DNA of 64,000 bases, from positions 62,001-126,000 of IMG/VR virus record IMGVR_UViG_3300035212_003113, one strand, 5' to 3'. Both the position numbers and the translations under genes were made by a program. Below, in pieces: positions 1 through 9,492 of this stretch. Under the pieces are notes generated by a model, which was not told the DNA's origin, ran no database searches, and worked only from the letters and a program-made list of their open reading frames with translations. Positions within the stretch are counted from its first letter, which is position 1. The number at the start of each line of letters is the position of its first letter.

Positions 1-2
1 TA

Positions 3-227
3 ATCCTACTAAGTCCTCATGGTAAACATCCGAACTGCGAAATAGTTTTTACACTGCGAAAAGATGGATCTTTAATCTATAAAGACTACTACGAAAACGG
101 CATCTTCCACCGCGAAGACGGCCCAGCAGTAACTGTATATAGCGAGTGCGGTAATACTGCAGAAGAGCTTTTCTACTGTCAGGGAAAGCTGTTAAACAGA
201 AAGTGCTACAAGGATGAAGCTGAATAA
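3..227 (+). CDS. 5'-truncated HRxDGPA-motif phage protein
   Basis: Open frame from window start: ...YYENGIFHREDGPAVTVY...; TAA at 225-227 overlaps the next gene. Confidence 0.7.
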   Translation: MLLSPHGKHPNCEIVFTLRKDGSLIYKDYYENGIFHREDGPAVTVYSECGNTAEELFYCQGKLLNRKCYKDEAE

Positions 228-528
228 AGCGGCGGTGATTGCCGGACTACCTGACGGCTGGGAGCTGCAATACGATGGCGATATCATTTTGTATCAGATG
301 GGAGACGCAGCAGTACAGCATGAATTCAGCGGCAACAACTTAATCAGTATTTCACATTTCCTAGAAGGAGAGCTGCACCGCGACCCTGTCAACGGGCCAG
401 CTTATATTTGGTGGGTCGGCGATCAGGTTTATGAGAAATACTTTTTTGCTGGACTGCCTGCTGCCAGTCCCGCTGGCCACTACGGCGTGGTAAAAAAAGA
501 TGACGGCAGCGTGCTACTTACTTACTAG
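214..528 (+). CDS. HRxDGPA-motif hypothetical protein (MKL start)
   Basis: LHRDPVNGPAY motif. Confidence 0.7.
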   Translation: MKLNKAAVIAGLPDGWELQYDGDIILYQMGDAAVQHEFSGNNLISISHFLEGELHRDPVNGPAYIWWVGDQVYEKYFFAGLPAASPAGHYGVVKKDDGSVLLTY

Positions 529-532
529 AGCT

Positions 533-565
533 GGCCGGACCTAAAGACCGGTCGGGCCGATCCTG
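533..565 (+). promoter_or_regulatory. CCTAAA-N13-GATCC hairpin element, copy 1
   Basis: CCTAAA 540-545, GATCC 559-563; arms GGCCGG/CCGGTC; followed by GGAGCGAAG-ATG. Confidence 0.75.
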
Positions 566-576
566 ACGGAGCGAAG

Positions 577-960
577 ATGCAAAAACTAGACGAGGTACTA
601 GACGCCTTGCGGGCAGAACGTGCCGATAACGACCGGCTTATCCGGGCGCTAGACAAGTCAGAGGCATATGCTGCCGACTGTGCACAGCAGTGTGGAGACC
701 TGGCAGAAGGCGTAGCGAAGGCACTAGGTATGGGCTATGTCCTTGTTGTGCCAGATGATGTCCGTATAATTGAGCGGGCAACCACTACTGTGACACAACT
801 GCGTAACGCTACCGCCCTACTCGCAGAGGCGCTAGGTCAACTAGAGACTCACTCCGGCTTTAGTGCTTATAGCAGAATTCATTCTATGGCCGGAGAAAAG
901 CTGGCCGCCCGTATACATTGCTTTCTCGGAGAACTAGATGCGAGCAGAATCAAGGACTGA
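577..960 (+). CDS. hypothetical helical protein
   Basis: ORF with GGAG SD directly after the element. Confidence 0.7.
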   Translation: MQKLDEVLDALRAERADNDRLIRALDKSEAYAADCAQQCGDLAEGVAKALGMGYVLVVPDDVRIIERATTTVTQLRNATALLAEALGQLETHSGFSAYSRIHSMAGEKLAARIHCFLGELDASRIKD

Positions 961-1456
961 GCGCTATCGACGCAAGCTGCCTACGGCAGACCTATTGCCC
1001 GTGGAGGTAACTAGCGTCAACTTCCGCTGCGAAGAGAATATCGCTTACCTCATCCGTGCAGCAGCTTGCTTTGGCGCATCAGCCGTAAATGTAATCGGCT
1101 CCTGTCCTCCTCCCGGATTACTGCGTGAACTTTCGGGCACTACTTCGGACTTAGTTACGATTCGTAATTTTTCCTCGCCTGGAGACTTCCTGCAATTCTG
1201 CCGCGACAACAATAGGAGAATTGTCTGCGCGGAGCTGGCAAATGATGCCACAAGCTTGCATGACTATGCCTTTGACCATAGCGCAATCACCTGTATTGTT
1301 ATTGGTCACGAGCAGCTGGGCGTTCCAGTTGACATCCTGCATCACGGCGACGTAGTGCAGATCCCAATGCCAGGCTTTGGCTACTCGCTTAATGCTGCTC
1401 AGTCCGGTAATATCATGCTTTACGAATATGCGAAACAGTTCGCGCGGAGTTGCTAA
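938..1456 (+). CDS. SpoU/TrmH-family RNA methyltransferase
   Basis: ENIAYLIRAAACFG, VIGHEQLG, IPMPGFGYSLNAAQSG SPOUT motifs. Confidence 0.9.
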   Translation: MRAESRTERYRRKLPTADLLPVEVTSVNFRCEENIAYLIRAAACFGASAVNVIGSCPPPGLLRELSGTTSDLVTIRNFSSPGDFLQFCRDNNRRIVCAELANDATSLHDYAFDHSAITCIVIGHEQLGVPVDILHHGDVVQIPMPGFGYSLNAAQSGNIMLYEYAKQFARSC

Positions 1457-2586
1457 TGGTTGGCTTTCATGAATCTCTCGCTGCAACACAAGCATATCTC
1501 CGCGAAGGAGGTTCGCTAGAAAGGTTTGAGAGCGAGCATGGTATTGCCGGCAAGAGCGACGGACAGCACCTCATTCTGGATTATGACCAGATCACTGTCA
1601 AGTGGACCGAGCCTTATGCCTATGCCTGTCGTGGCCTTGTGCTCGATGCGGTTACGTTTGACGTGATTGCTGCGCCAATCAAAAAGTTTTTCAACGCGGG
1701 CGAGCACTATGCAGATACTATCGACTGGAGTTCTGCCACGGTCTTTGAAAAGATTGATGGCACAATGGTCAACCGTTGGTGGAGTCCGCATACCGAACGT
1801 TTTGAATATAGTACCCGGTTTCAGTTGCCGGCTGGCCTAGAAAGCTCTGCCGTTAATTCCGGCATGATGAAGTGGGGCGATATGATTCGCCGATGCATGG
1901 CATCGCTTGACACGGCGTTTTTAGAGTCTCAGCCAAAGGACGAGACTTGGACTTTCGAGGTATGCTCGCCGCATAATATGGTTGTTGTGCGACATGCTGC
2001 TTTCTTTGCACGACTACTGGCAATCAAAAACATCCGATCTCTAGAAGAGAGGTCCGTTGCCACCAACCATTATGGTCCTAAGAACTATGCCTTTGCTAAT
2101 GCCGATGAAGTGGCTGCATTTGCAAATGCACATCCTGCTACAGAGCTAGAGGGCTTTGTAGTAGTGGACGCTGCTTTTAATCGCATAAAGATTAAGAGCG
2201 ATCAGTACGTTGCCCTCCACCGGGCCAAAGACGGCTTGCGTAGCGCCAATAATATTCTGCTGCTGGCTCGCTCAAATGACTACGAAGAAATCGTAGTACA
2301 TTTTCCTGAATACAAGGAAGACTTAGACGCAGCTACCGCCATTATCGAAGAGCTAGTTTCCAGGCACGAGGCAGCCTTCCAAAGGCACAGAGATGTGTCT
2401 TCTCAAAAAGATTTCGCAATTGCTATTGCCGCTGAGGGACTAGAGTGTACAGCGGCGCTGTTTTCTCTGCGAGCAGGCAAGGTTACCAGCATAGGGGCAG
2501 CTATTGCCGCGATGAATGAAACGGCTTTCTGCAAGTTGCTTAAACCAAGGCTTCTAGAAAAGATCGGCGCCAAGTACGCTGAATAA
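1456..2586 (+). CDS. T4 Rnl1-like RNA ligase
   Basis: CRGLVLD, KKFFN, motif I EKIDG, motif IV EGFVV, motif V IKIKS; TAATG coupling to the TrmH gene. Confidence 0.88.
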   Translation: MVGFHESLAATQAYLREGGSLERFESEHGIAGKSDGQHLILDYDQITVKWTEPYAYACRGLVLDAVTFDVIAAPIKKFFNAGEHYADTIDWSSATVFEKIDGTMVNRWWSPHTERFEYSTRFQLPAGLESSAVNSGMMKWGDMIRRCMASLDTAFLESQPKDETWTFEVCSPHNMVVVRHAAFFARLLAIKNIRSLEERSVATNHYGPKNYAFANADEVAAFANAHPATELEGFVVVDAAFNRIKIKSDQYVALHRAKDGLRSANNILLLARSNDYEEIVVHFPEYKEDLDAATAIIEELVSRHEAAFQRHRDVSSQKDFAIAIAAEGLECTAALFSLRAGKVTSIGAAIAAMNETAFCKLLKPRLLEKIGAKYAE

Positions 2587-2645
2587 GCGCTTCCGGGCGC
2601 CCCATATTCATATGGGCTTAATTCTGAAGTAAGACAGGAGGGACT

Positions 2646-2846
2646 ATGGCCGTAATAATACTTGATATCTCCCCTGCTAGCGTTCAGGTAATTCGAGACG
2701 GTTATATTGCTGAGGAATCAGCAAAGCCGCTGTCTCCCGATGATAGGGCGCTTCCAGCTCTGCAAATAGTAGAGCGGGGGCATGATAAAGCAATTCCTCT
2801 TACAGAAGATCAGATAGCAGAGCTGCATCGCAAATACCGACTATGA
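2646..2846 (+). CDS. hypothetical protein
   Basis: 66-aa ORF with AGGAGGG SD. Confidence 0.6.
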   Translation: MAVIILDISPASVQVIRDGYIAEESAKPLSPDDRALPALQIVERGHDKAIPLTEDQIAELHRKYRL

Positions 2847-2864
2847 ATGCTCTAGGATAGCTCT

Positions 2865-3695
2865 ATGAAAAAGATATTAGATAGCCTTGTCGCGGCAGCT
2901 AATGCCGCTGATACTGCTGGCTTGGAAAAGCTAGCAAATGATATTGATGACCTAACGCTTTCCGTTATAGATGAAACTAAAAAATCTCCCGCTGCCAAGT
3001 TAAGCGAAATCCCTAACTGGGAAATGGGCGGAGGCTATAATAATATTATGGCCCTACTGAAAACAGCCAGCCCAGAAGAAATAGATTACTGGCGCAATTG
3101 GTATGCTAATGCTAGACAAGATGTGCAGGCATTGGCGGTTAAATATAACGAGCCTTTTGACCTAGTAGCAGCAACAGTAGCGGTACTAAGCCCTGGAAAC
3201 AATTGGAAATCTAATTTGCGGGCGGCAGAAAACCTATTGCTAGAGGTTCATGACGGCGGAAAGGGCGCGGTCGGCTCCGGCCCTAAGAAAGATAAATCAT
3301 ACGATACTTCTGACATACACAGGCAAATAGCTGAAGAAGAAGCGCCTGTTAATGTCAGATACCGCAATATTGCCGCTTATCCTGCCAATGCAGAGAAGGC
3401 TCGTAACATATTGATCACCGGAAACGTAGCTGATCATTTGACTGGGCCAAAAGTAACTATATTCTACGACAGCTTGGTACATCCCGAGCACGCTCGCGAT
3501 CATATGGTGCTTGATGGCCATGCCATAAACATTTGGCGCGGCGTTCGTGTTCCACTAAAAGGACTAAAGAGTCCTACTGATGCAGAACGAGCGGCAATGA
3601 TATCAGACTATAAGCGCGCTGCCGCAGATACTGGCCTAAGCGTACAGGAAGTTCAAGCAATTACCTGGTTTCTTTGGAAAACGGCGGAAGAATAA
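2865..3695 (+). CDS. Shared N-terminal leader fused to a phage HhH-glycosylase-like (DUF7178-like) domain
   Basis: WY...VAVLSPGNNWKSN...GPKVTIFY...VLDGHA...QAITW pattern; leader shared with 15052 and 38746. Confidence 0.65.
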   Translation: MKKILDSLVAAANAADTAGLEKLANDIDDLTLSVIDETKKSPAAKLSEIPNWEMGGGYNNIMALLKTASPEEIDYWRNWYANARQDVQALAVKYNEPFDLVAATVAVLSPGNNWKSNLRAAENLLLEVHDGGKGAVGSGPKKDKSYDTSDIHRQIAEEEAPVNVRYRNIAAYPANAEKARNILITGNVADHLTGPKVTIFYDSLVHPEHARDHMVLDGHAINIWRGVRVPLKGLKSPTDAERAAMISDYKRAAADTGLSVQEVQAITWFLWKTAEE

Positions 3696-4073
3696 ATGAG
3701 ATTTCTTATACTGGATGACGATGCCTCTCGACACGAGGGCTTTGACTTCCTACTGCCCGGCCACAAAGTAGTTCATGCTTATAGCTATACCGATTTCGTT
3801 GCGGCTGCTAAATCACAAACATTTGATATTATTTGCCTTGATCATGATCTTGGAATAGAAGTAGATGGCGAGCAAATGATTGACAATGGCCAAGCTAGAG
3901 AACTAACTGGACAAGATGCAGCCCGCTGGCTTGTAGACAATCCTCAGCATTTTCCAGATAGCATTCTTGTGCATTCACACAATCCTGTCGGTGCTGCCGC
4001 CATTGCAGATATTCTGCGAGCGGTGCCCGGCAAGCGCGTAGTTGTCAGGCCCTATTCAGCACCTAGGAAGTAA
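3696..4073 (+). CDS. Cyclic-phosphate-processing receiver-domain protein
   Basis: LILDDD..R, ICLDHDLG, TGQDAARWL, VHSHNPVG. Confidence 0.8.
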   Translation: MRFLILDDDASRHEGFDFLLPGHKVVHAYSYTDFVAAAKSQTFDIICLDHDLGIEVDGEQMIDNGQARELTGQDAARWLVDNPQHFPDSILVHSHNPVGAAAIADILRAVPGKRVVVRPYSAPRK

Positions 4074-4074
4074 C

Positions 4075-4260
4075 ATGAATATCCGCGTTATTGCAGAGAA
4101 AGAGTTGCCTGATGGCTCCATGCAGCTCTCTGTCGAGATGGATGATGAAGCCGAGGCAACTATACTTGGGCTGTACAATGAGCAAGTACTGACCGAAGAA
4201 CTTGTGTCCCGATTTGTAATAGAAGCTATCGAGAACCATGTAGAAAAGAAAGGCAAGTAG
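4075..4260 (+). CDS. hypothetical protein
   Basis: Short acidic ORF packed between neighbours. Confidence 0.55.
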   Translation: MNIRVIAEKELPDGSMQLSVEMDDEAEATILGLYNEQVLTEELVSRFVIEAIENHVEKKGK

Positions 4261-4261
4261 C

Positions 4262-5299
4262 ATGAGAAAGCTTGCAAGCATTCAGCGGGTACTTGCGGTT
4301 GAGCCAATTGAAGGCGCAGATAAAATCGAAAAGATCAGCGTGCTAGGCTGGCAGCTAGTTGCAAAGCGTGGCGAGTTCTCTGCGGGCAATCTTTGCACTT
4401 ATTTTGAGCTCGACTCAGTGCCGCCAGATACAGAGCAATATGCTTTTCTCTGGTCTAAGCCGGGAGAGGTTATACCGCGACCGTCTGGTTGGAGGCTGCG
4501 CTCTAAACGCATGCGTGGCGTGCTTAGCCAGGGTCTTGCCCTGCCTATCTCCGTTCTGCCTGCCGGCTGCGAAGCGGTCGAAGGTCAGGACGTAACTGCT
4601 GCGCTAGGTGTAAGCAAGTGGGAGCCGGTTGTCTCTTCTTCTGCTAGAGAGATCGCGGGCGCCTTTCCGAAGCATCTATTTCCAAAGACAGACGAGCTAC
4701 GAGTACAAAGCGCGCCGGAGATCCTAGAAGAGCTGCGCGGAGTAGACTGCTATGCCGCAGTTAAACTAGACGGACAAAGCCTAAGTATTGCAAAGATTGC
4801 TGATGAGTCTGGCTCGCGGCTACTTGTATGCACCCGCAATTATTCTCTGAAAGATTTGCCTGACTCACCTCATTGGGAGGTCGCTCGTCGGCTTAATTTG
4901 ATTGAATTGCTACCAGCCGGCTTTGCGATACAAGGTGAGTTTTGCGGTCCTTCTATTCAGAGCAATCGACTAGCTCTTCGAGACAAGGCTTTTTATGCTT
5001 TCCAGGTATTCGACATCAGCAAGCAGCGCTATTTAGGTTACGATGAATTTGTACAGTTTTGCTCTGCCCGTAGTATCCCTACTGTGCCCGTAGAATGGAG
5101 AGGGGCACTTGACATAGACCTAGCAGGAGTGCTAGCTATGGCTGACGGCACTTATCAAGGCGGCCATCCAAGAGAGGGTCTTGTTATTAGGCCTGTTGCT
5201 GAGAGGATCAGCCCAGCGCTATCTGCTTATTGCGGCTCGCCCGCCCGTGCATCATTCAAGGTAATCAGCAACGCCTATCTACTAAAAATAGGCGAATGA
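4262..5299 (+). CDS. RNA ligase, DRB0094/Rnl2-like with N-terminal OB domain
   Basis: MRKLASIQRV..PIEGADKIE, RGVLSQGL, PKTDELR, KLDG, QGEFCG, REGLV, SFKVISNAYLL. Confidence 0.92.
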   Translation: MRKLASIQRVLAVEPIEGADKIEKISVLGWQLVAKRGEFSAGNLCTYFELDSVPPDTEQYAFLWSKPGEVIPRPSGWRLRSKRMRGVLSQGLALPISVLPAGCEAVEGQDVTAALGVSKWEPVVSSSAREIAGAFPKHLFPKTDELRVQSAPEILEELRGVDCYAAVKLDGQSLSIAKIADESGSRLLVCTRNYSLKDLPDSPHWEVARRLNLIELLPAGFAIQGEFCGPSIQSNRLALRDKAFYAFQVFDISKQRYLGYDEFVQFCSARSIPTVPVEWRGALDIDLAGVLAMADGTYQGGHPREGLVIRPVAERISPALSAYCGSPARASFKVISNAYLLKIGE

Positions 5300-5302
5300 C
5301 TT

Positions 5303-5524
5303 ATGACTGAAGAAACACGCGCGCGCATAAAAGCATCCATAATTGACAAAGGCCTTGAAAAAGTAGTTAGTCGCAAGCTACTGGTATGGGCAGTTGCCAC
5401 GGTAGGCGTTCCACTAGGCTTTCTTAGCGGAGCAGAGTGGATGCAGCTTAGCATGGTATATATAGGCAGCCAGGCTGCCATGGACTTCGCTCTTAATTAT
5501 ACAAAGGCTCGCTCAGGGGGCTGA
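5303..5524 (+). CDS. small membrane protein (holin-like)
   Basis: SRKLLVW followed by two hydrophobic segments; YIGSQA. Confidence 0.5.
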   Translation: MTEETRARIKASIIDKGLEKVVSRKLLVWAVATVGVPLGFLSGAEWMQLSMVYIGSQAAMDFALNYTKARSGG

Positions 5525-5754
5525 TGTACATAACCCGCAGTGAGCAGAACGGTACAGATGAATTCTATACCCTGCGTGACGCACACGTAGCTGCTGACTG
5601 CGACCTCACTATCTGGAAGATAACAAAGCTGCTGATCACTGGCGAGTTGCTTGTTTTTATCCGTCTGCCCAGCGGTGAATGGGAACGAGTACACTGGGAC
5701 GCGGATCGCATTTCTGAAGAAATCAATCTACGACGAGAGGTAATAAAGCCATGA
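5524..5754 (+). CDS. hypothetical protein
   Basis: Overlap-coupled ORF. Confidence 0.55.
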   Translation: MYITRSEQNGTDEFYTLRDAHVAADCDLTIWKITKLLITGELLVFIRLPSGEWERVHWDADRISEEINLRREVIKP

Positions 5755-6323
5755 GTCCTGAGCTTGAGCAACAACTATTCCTAAAGTACAAACGCATATT
5801 CCAGACTCGGTGCGATTACTCTGGCACACCTGTTGCCCCGTCAGTCTACGCAATAGAGTGCAGAGATGGCTGGTATAACCTTATTGATCGGCTACTTTTT
5901 TCAATAAATGAGCACGTCAAGTCTGGCCGCAATCAGCGAGCACGTGACATGCGATATAATCGCGCGCTCAAGGCCGCACAGGCCGGTAACTTTCGATACC
6001 TCTATAACTACTTTCAGTTTGGAGTAAAAAGCTACAAAGTAGAGCCATGGGTTGTCGATAGAGCACACATGGAGCTACAGGCTGGCAAGATACGCGAACC
6101 GGCTCAACTGGTTAAGCAAGTCTATGTCATGCAGATAAAAGAGAAGTTTGGTACCCTGCGCTTTTACTATAACGGCGGAGACGAACAGGTAGCCGGCATG
6201 GTGGCTCTTGCAGAAGCAATGAGCGGCGTCATTTGCGAAGGCTGTGGGGCACCAGGCAGCAAGACCCGTAGCGGCTGGATTAGAGTGCTTTGCGACAACT
6301 GCAAACGCCAACCAAGTGTTTAG
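5751..6323 (+). CDS. conserved phage hypothetical protein with C-terminal Zn ribbon
   Basis: GWYNLI, QIKEKFGTLRFY, CEGCG...LCDNC. Confidence 0.75.
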   Translation: MSPELEQQLFLKYKRIFQTRCDYSGTPVAPSVYAIECRDGWYNLIDRLLFSINEHVKSGRNQRARDMRYNRALKAAQAGNFRYLYNYFQFGVKSYKVEPWVVDRAHMELQAGKIREPAQLVKQVYVMQIKEKFGTLRFYYNGGDEQVAGMVALAEAMSGVICEGCGAPGSKTRSGWIRVLCDNCKRQPSV

Positions 6324-7315
6324 TACCTGTATAGCTTAAATTGCGCTCGGCATGGATTGCCAGCAGCATATATAAAAGCGCGCTCTGTCGGCAAAAACAC
6401 AGTAGAAAATACCGTATGAGATTCGTTATCTCCGTGCCGACAAAGTCCGCCTAGGCCATGCGTACGCATCATTTGCAGTATCTGGGTAACGCCTATTTGC
6501 CCGCCAGCAGTCTTTATTTCTTCTATAGCTCGCTCCAGTCTGGCTCTTGAACCGGCAAGGGAGCTGCCTTCTCGCGCCTCTACTCCCGGTAAGAATATAA
6601 AGTGATTTGAATGAGCAGCTGCGCCCATGGGATGCGTAAGCTTAACAGACTTCCTAGCGCTGGCCTCCAAGCTCACTACTTCACCGGATGCGTCAGCAAT
6701 TATATTATTGAATGAGCTGGCACGATCTTCGTGTAGCAGTATTTTTTCTGCTTCTTCTATAGTCTGCGACCAGCATGCCTCTACGTAAAGAACCATACGC
6801 GGAACGCCGGGGCGAGTATCAGCTGCATCAATTTGATTGCCCGATATAACAATCCCCGCGCTATTTAAACCAATAGAGGGTCCGCCTCGGGTAAATACCA
6901 TGAAAAGACTTGGCAATCCCTTGATGCCAATCTTAAATAGGCGCGAACCTGCTCCCTCGCCTTCGTCGTTTGTATGCCCTATTATAGTTCCTGCGGCAGT
7001 GCGAATAACTATATCTGTACAGCCAGTATCTTTAAGGAGGCGGGCATCTACTGTGTCTGCAAACGTCAACTCCTCATACCACATGCAAAACGCTTCTTGA
7101 AAACTTATACCAGCACCCTCTGCTATGCCTAGTAACAGAGCGCAGGCACGGGGAGCTGCCCGCGTAGCAGAAGCTACTCCCACCTCTACCCACTCCGGAT
7201 ACTCGCGCATAAGTCGACCTATCTCGTGATCCTTGATTGACTGCCTAATCTGATCTCGGAGGGAGCGCCCTATGCTCCTGCCGGCCTTCTGTATGTTTTT
7301 GATCTTTTTGCTCAT
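6320..7315 (-). CDS. Peptidase C45 / acyl-CoA:6-APA acyltransferase-like Ntn hydrolase
   Basis: GCT nucleophile site, GHTND, GLNSAG, HSNHF, SRAR, GNPC; ATG at 7315 has a GGAG SD (ORF is open to 7396). Confidence 0.8.
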   Translation of the reverse strand: MSKKIKNIQKAGRSIGRSLRDQIRQSIKDHEIGRLMREYPEWVEVGVASATRAAPRACALLLGIAEGAGISFQEAFCMWYEELTFADTVDARLLKDTGCTDIVIRTAAGTIIGHTNDEGEGAGSRLFKIGIKGLPSLFMVFTRGGPSIGLNSAGIVISGNQIDAADTRPGVPRMVLYVEACWSQTIEEAEKILLHEDRASSFNNIIADASGEVVSLEASARKSVKLTHPMGAAAHSNHFIFLPGVEAREGSSLAGSRARLERAIEEIKTAGGQIGVTQILQMMRTHGLGGLCRHGDNESHTVFSTVFLPTERAFIYAAGNPCRAQFKLYRY

Positions 7316-7414
7316 GTGCGCAGGAACTCCGGAAAAGCTTACATTGGCATCTGTTTGACTAGCTACTTGCAAATTATTCATTTGCTGATTGCACAAGAAA
7401 TCGTTAATATTGTA

Positions 7415-7452
7415 GGTCGGGGCGGGCCTAAAGCCGGTGTCGCCCGATCCTG
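7415..7452 (+). promoter_or_regulatory. CCTAAA-N13-GATCC hairpin element, copy 2
   Basis: CCTAAA 7427-7432, GATCC 7446-7450; GGC/GCC inner stem; GGTCGGG can pair with CCCGATC. Confidence 0.8.
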
Positions 7453-7482
7453 AAGGGCGTAACCCGAACCGCCGGAGTAGTC

Positions 7483-7881
7483 TTGAAGATTTCCAGCTTT
7501 CCTGAAAACCGCGTTACGCTGATTAATGCAGCGCTGTCTGGCTTTTTTACTGGCAATTCCTTGCCACTAATTCAACTTGAAAAAGCACGGGCTAAGCGGC
7601 TTATCCATTGGTTTAATAAATACCTTGTTAATCCCCACTGGGATAATGCTAAGCTAATGGCGGCGGAGGATCATAACCTGAGGATTCGATGGACTCTCTG
7701 GGACTATAATAGCTCATGCAAAACATCAGTTCACAAAGATATCGACACCAGAGAAACGCTAGGGAATCTGGCCAACCATCGACTACCGCCTGCCGTTGTG
7801 CAAGAGGTTTCTGCTAGCAAATCGGTTGCAATCTATGTGTACCATTATTGGGATTATAAATCTTTTTTCTTTAAAGTATAG
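7483..7881 (+). CDS. hypothetical protein (MKI start)
   Basis: TTG start after GGAG SD. Confidence 0.6.
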   Translation: MKISSFPENRVTLINAALSGFFTGNSLPLIQLEKARAKRLIHWFNKYLVNPHWDNAKLMAAEDHNLRIRWTLWDYNSSCKTSVHKDIDTRETLGNLANHRLPPAVVQEVSASKSVAIYVYHYWDYKSFFFKV

Positions 7882-7883
7882 CC

Positions 7884-8138
7884 ATGAAACTTAGCTCTAT
7901 TGCGATATCGGAAGCAATAAGCGAAGGCGACTATGATGCGGTGTATGACCTCATCTGTAGCCACTTTCATCTACAGGTGCTGGATAGAATCTATATAGAT
8001 GTTTATCCGGCAATCGGTTATTCAAAATACGCTATCCTTTGGCAAGACGGCTACACATATTCCTGGAATTCTGCTGTCGGGTGGGAAGAGCCACGAGCCA
8101 CAGATACTCCAGATACAGAATTGCTGATAAGAACATGA
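7884..8138 (+). CDS. MKL-family small protein (group A)
   Basis: MKLSSIAISEAISEGDYDAV; resembles 9489, 12438, 14474, 14758. Confidence 0.65.
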   Translation: MKLSSIAISEAISEGDYDAVYDLICSHFHLQVLDRIYIDVYPAIGYSKYAILWQDGYTYSWNSAVGWEEPRATDTPDTELLIRT

Positions 8139-8620
8139 GTCATCCCATTCAACCTCCTGCCTATATGCCGACTGAAGCAGAGCACGAGATCGCCTACCTG
8201 CGATGGTGCTTGCGCGAGATATGCGATAATCATCTGCTGCATATCAGCATGATTGACGACGGCTCGTTTTCTGGACTTGGCTCTTCGGGTAGATCACTGG
8301 CGCATGAACGCGATGCAGTGCTTAAGCGCTTGCTTAAAAAGCTATTCTCTATGCCCAGTGAAAATCCTGATGCAGAAACATGGGATGCGTTCTGGCCAAA
8401 GGCAGAGAGCGGCGTTTCTGGTCTAGCTGCATTCAAGGCAAAGCAAGAGCTGGCTCTTGCAGATTATCATTGCGGCGATTGCGTTGCAATGGCATGTAGT
8501 TGCGCCCGCTGCAATACAGAAGAGCTGTATCGAATTCCGTTGACAGCAAGATGGAGCAAGGCTGAAGGCTCTTCTCTTTATGCTGATTTTTTTAAAAATG
8601 TTCTTCATAAAAGGAGTTAG
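8135..8620 (+). CDS. hypothetical Cys-rich phage protein
   Basis: HCGDCVAMACSCARC; ATGA overlap start. Confidence 0.65.
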   Translation: MSHPIQPPAYMPTEAEHEIAYLRWCLREICDNHLLHISMIDDGSFSGLGSSGRSLAHERDAVLKRLLKKLFSMPSENPDAETWDAFWPKAESGVSGLAAFKAKQELALADYHCGDCVAMACSCARCNTEELYRIPLTARWSKAEGSSLYADFFKNVLHKRS

Positions 8621-8622
8621 CC

Positions 8623-9105
8623 ATGGGCAGCCATAGTTCATTTTGTCTTGATATCAGCTCCAGCGCAGGCATTAGTGATGCGGAGATTATCGCTTTTGGC
8701 AATAGCCTGCCCGACTTCAAAGGCGCAGATTTTGGCGGCTGGATGTGGCGACGTTTTTCGCCAGAGTCAAAGTGGCACGGCGGAGATGGTATCGCCCGTG
8801 AGATCTCAAAGAAGTTTACTGGCGTAGTCTTTCGACTGCGATGCCGCGGAGACTATCAGTACACTTCTTACTGGCTTGATGGCAATGAGCTGCCATTTGA
8901 GTGTGTATATGGCGATCCATTCCCTAGCAAGGCGCTGTTCAATAGAAGGCTAAAGCAAAAACGGGAAGCCGACTGCGTAGCGGCAGCAGCCCGGGAAGCG
9001 GCAGCCGCTAAGAAGAAAGCCGATAACGACGCTGCCGAGTTGCAGCGCCTGCGTGCCCGCACCGCAGAGATCGAGGCACGCCTCGCAGGAACTGCCAATG
9101 GATGA
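8623..9105 (+). CDS. hypothetical protein with coiled-coil tail
   Basis: AGGAG SD; Ala/Lys-rich C-terminus. Confidence 0.65.
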   Translation: MGSHSSFCLDISSSAGISDAEIIAFGNSLPDFKGADFGGWMWRRFSPESKWHGGDGIAREISKKFTGVVFRLRCRGDYQYTSYWLDGNELPFECVYGDPFPSKALFNRRLKQKREADCVAAAAREAAAAKKKADNDAAELQRLRARTAEIEARLAGTANG

Positions 9106-9331
9106 CGCAGCAGAGCTGGATCGCAAAGCGCAGCTGATGCTAGGACTTATCGGCTTTACCGAAGGCATGAGCGATGCTGCAAAAACAGCCGCACTCCAGA
9201 GACTGGCCTTTAGTTACTTGCAATTCTATCTTGACTCTACCTGCCGTAATTTGCAGGGAGTGAAACCCGAGCACGACTATTCGTGCTTTGTGCTGCGCAG
9301 GGCTATGGAACTGCTTAAGCCAACGCTATAA
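9098..9331 (+). CDS. hypothetical protein
   Basis: ORF from MDDAAEL. Confidence 0.5.
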   Translation: MDDAAELDRKAQLMLGLIGFTEGMSDAAKTAALQRLAFSYLQFYLDSTCRNLQGVKPEHDYSCFVLRRAMELLKPTL

Positions 9332-9375
9332 ATAGAATGATTTGATCTGTCAATCATTGGGCTGCCGGAGAGCAA

Positions 9376-9492
9376 ATGTTTTATTTCCTGGGATGTTGCA
9401 TTATAATTGCCAGCTTGCCGCTGTGGGTAATAGCTGGTGCGCTAGCGGGAATTGCCGAAAGCCTTAAGCAGTACGGCCCTAGAGAGCTATGA
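9376..9492 (+). CDS. small membrane peptide (38 aa)
   Basis: GGAG SD; MFYFLGCCIIIASLPLWVIAGALAG; ATGA overlap with the next gene. Confidence 0.55.
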   Translation: MFYFLGCCIIIASLPLWVIAGALAGIAESLKQYGPREL

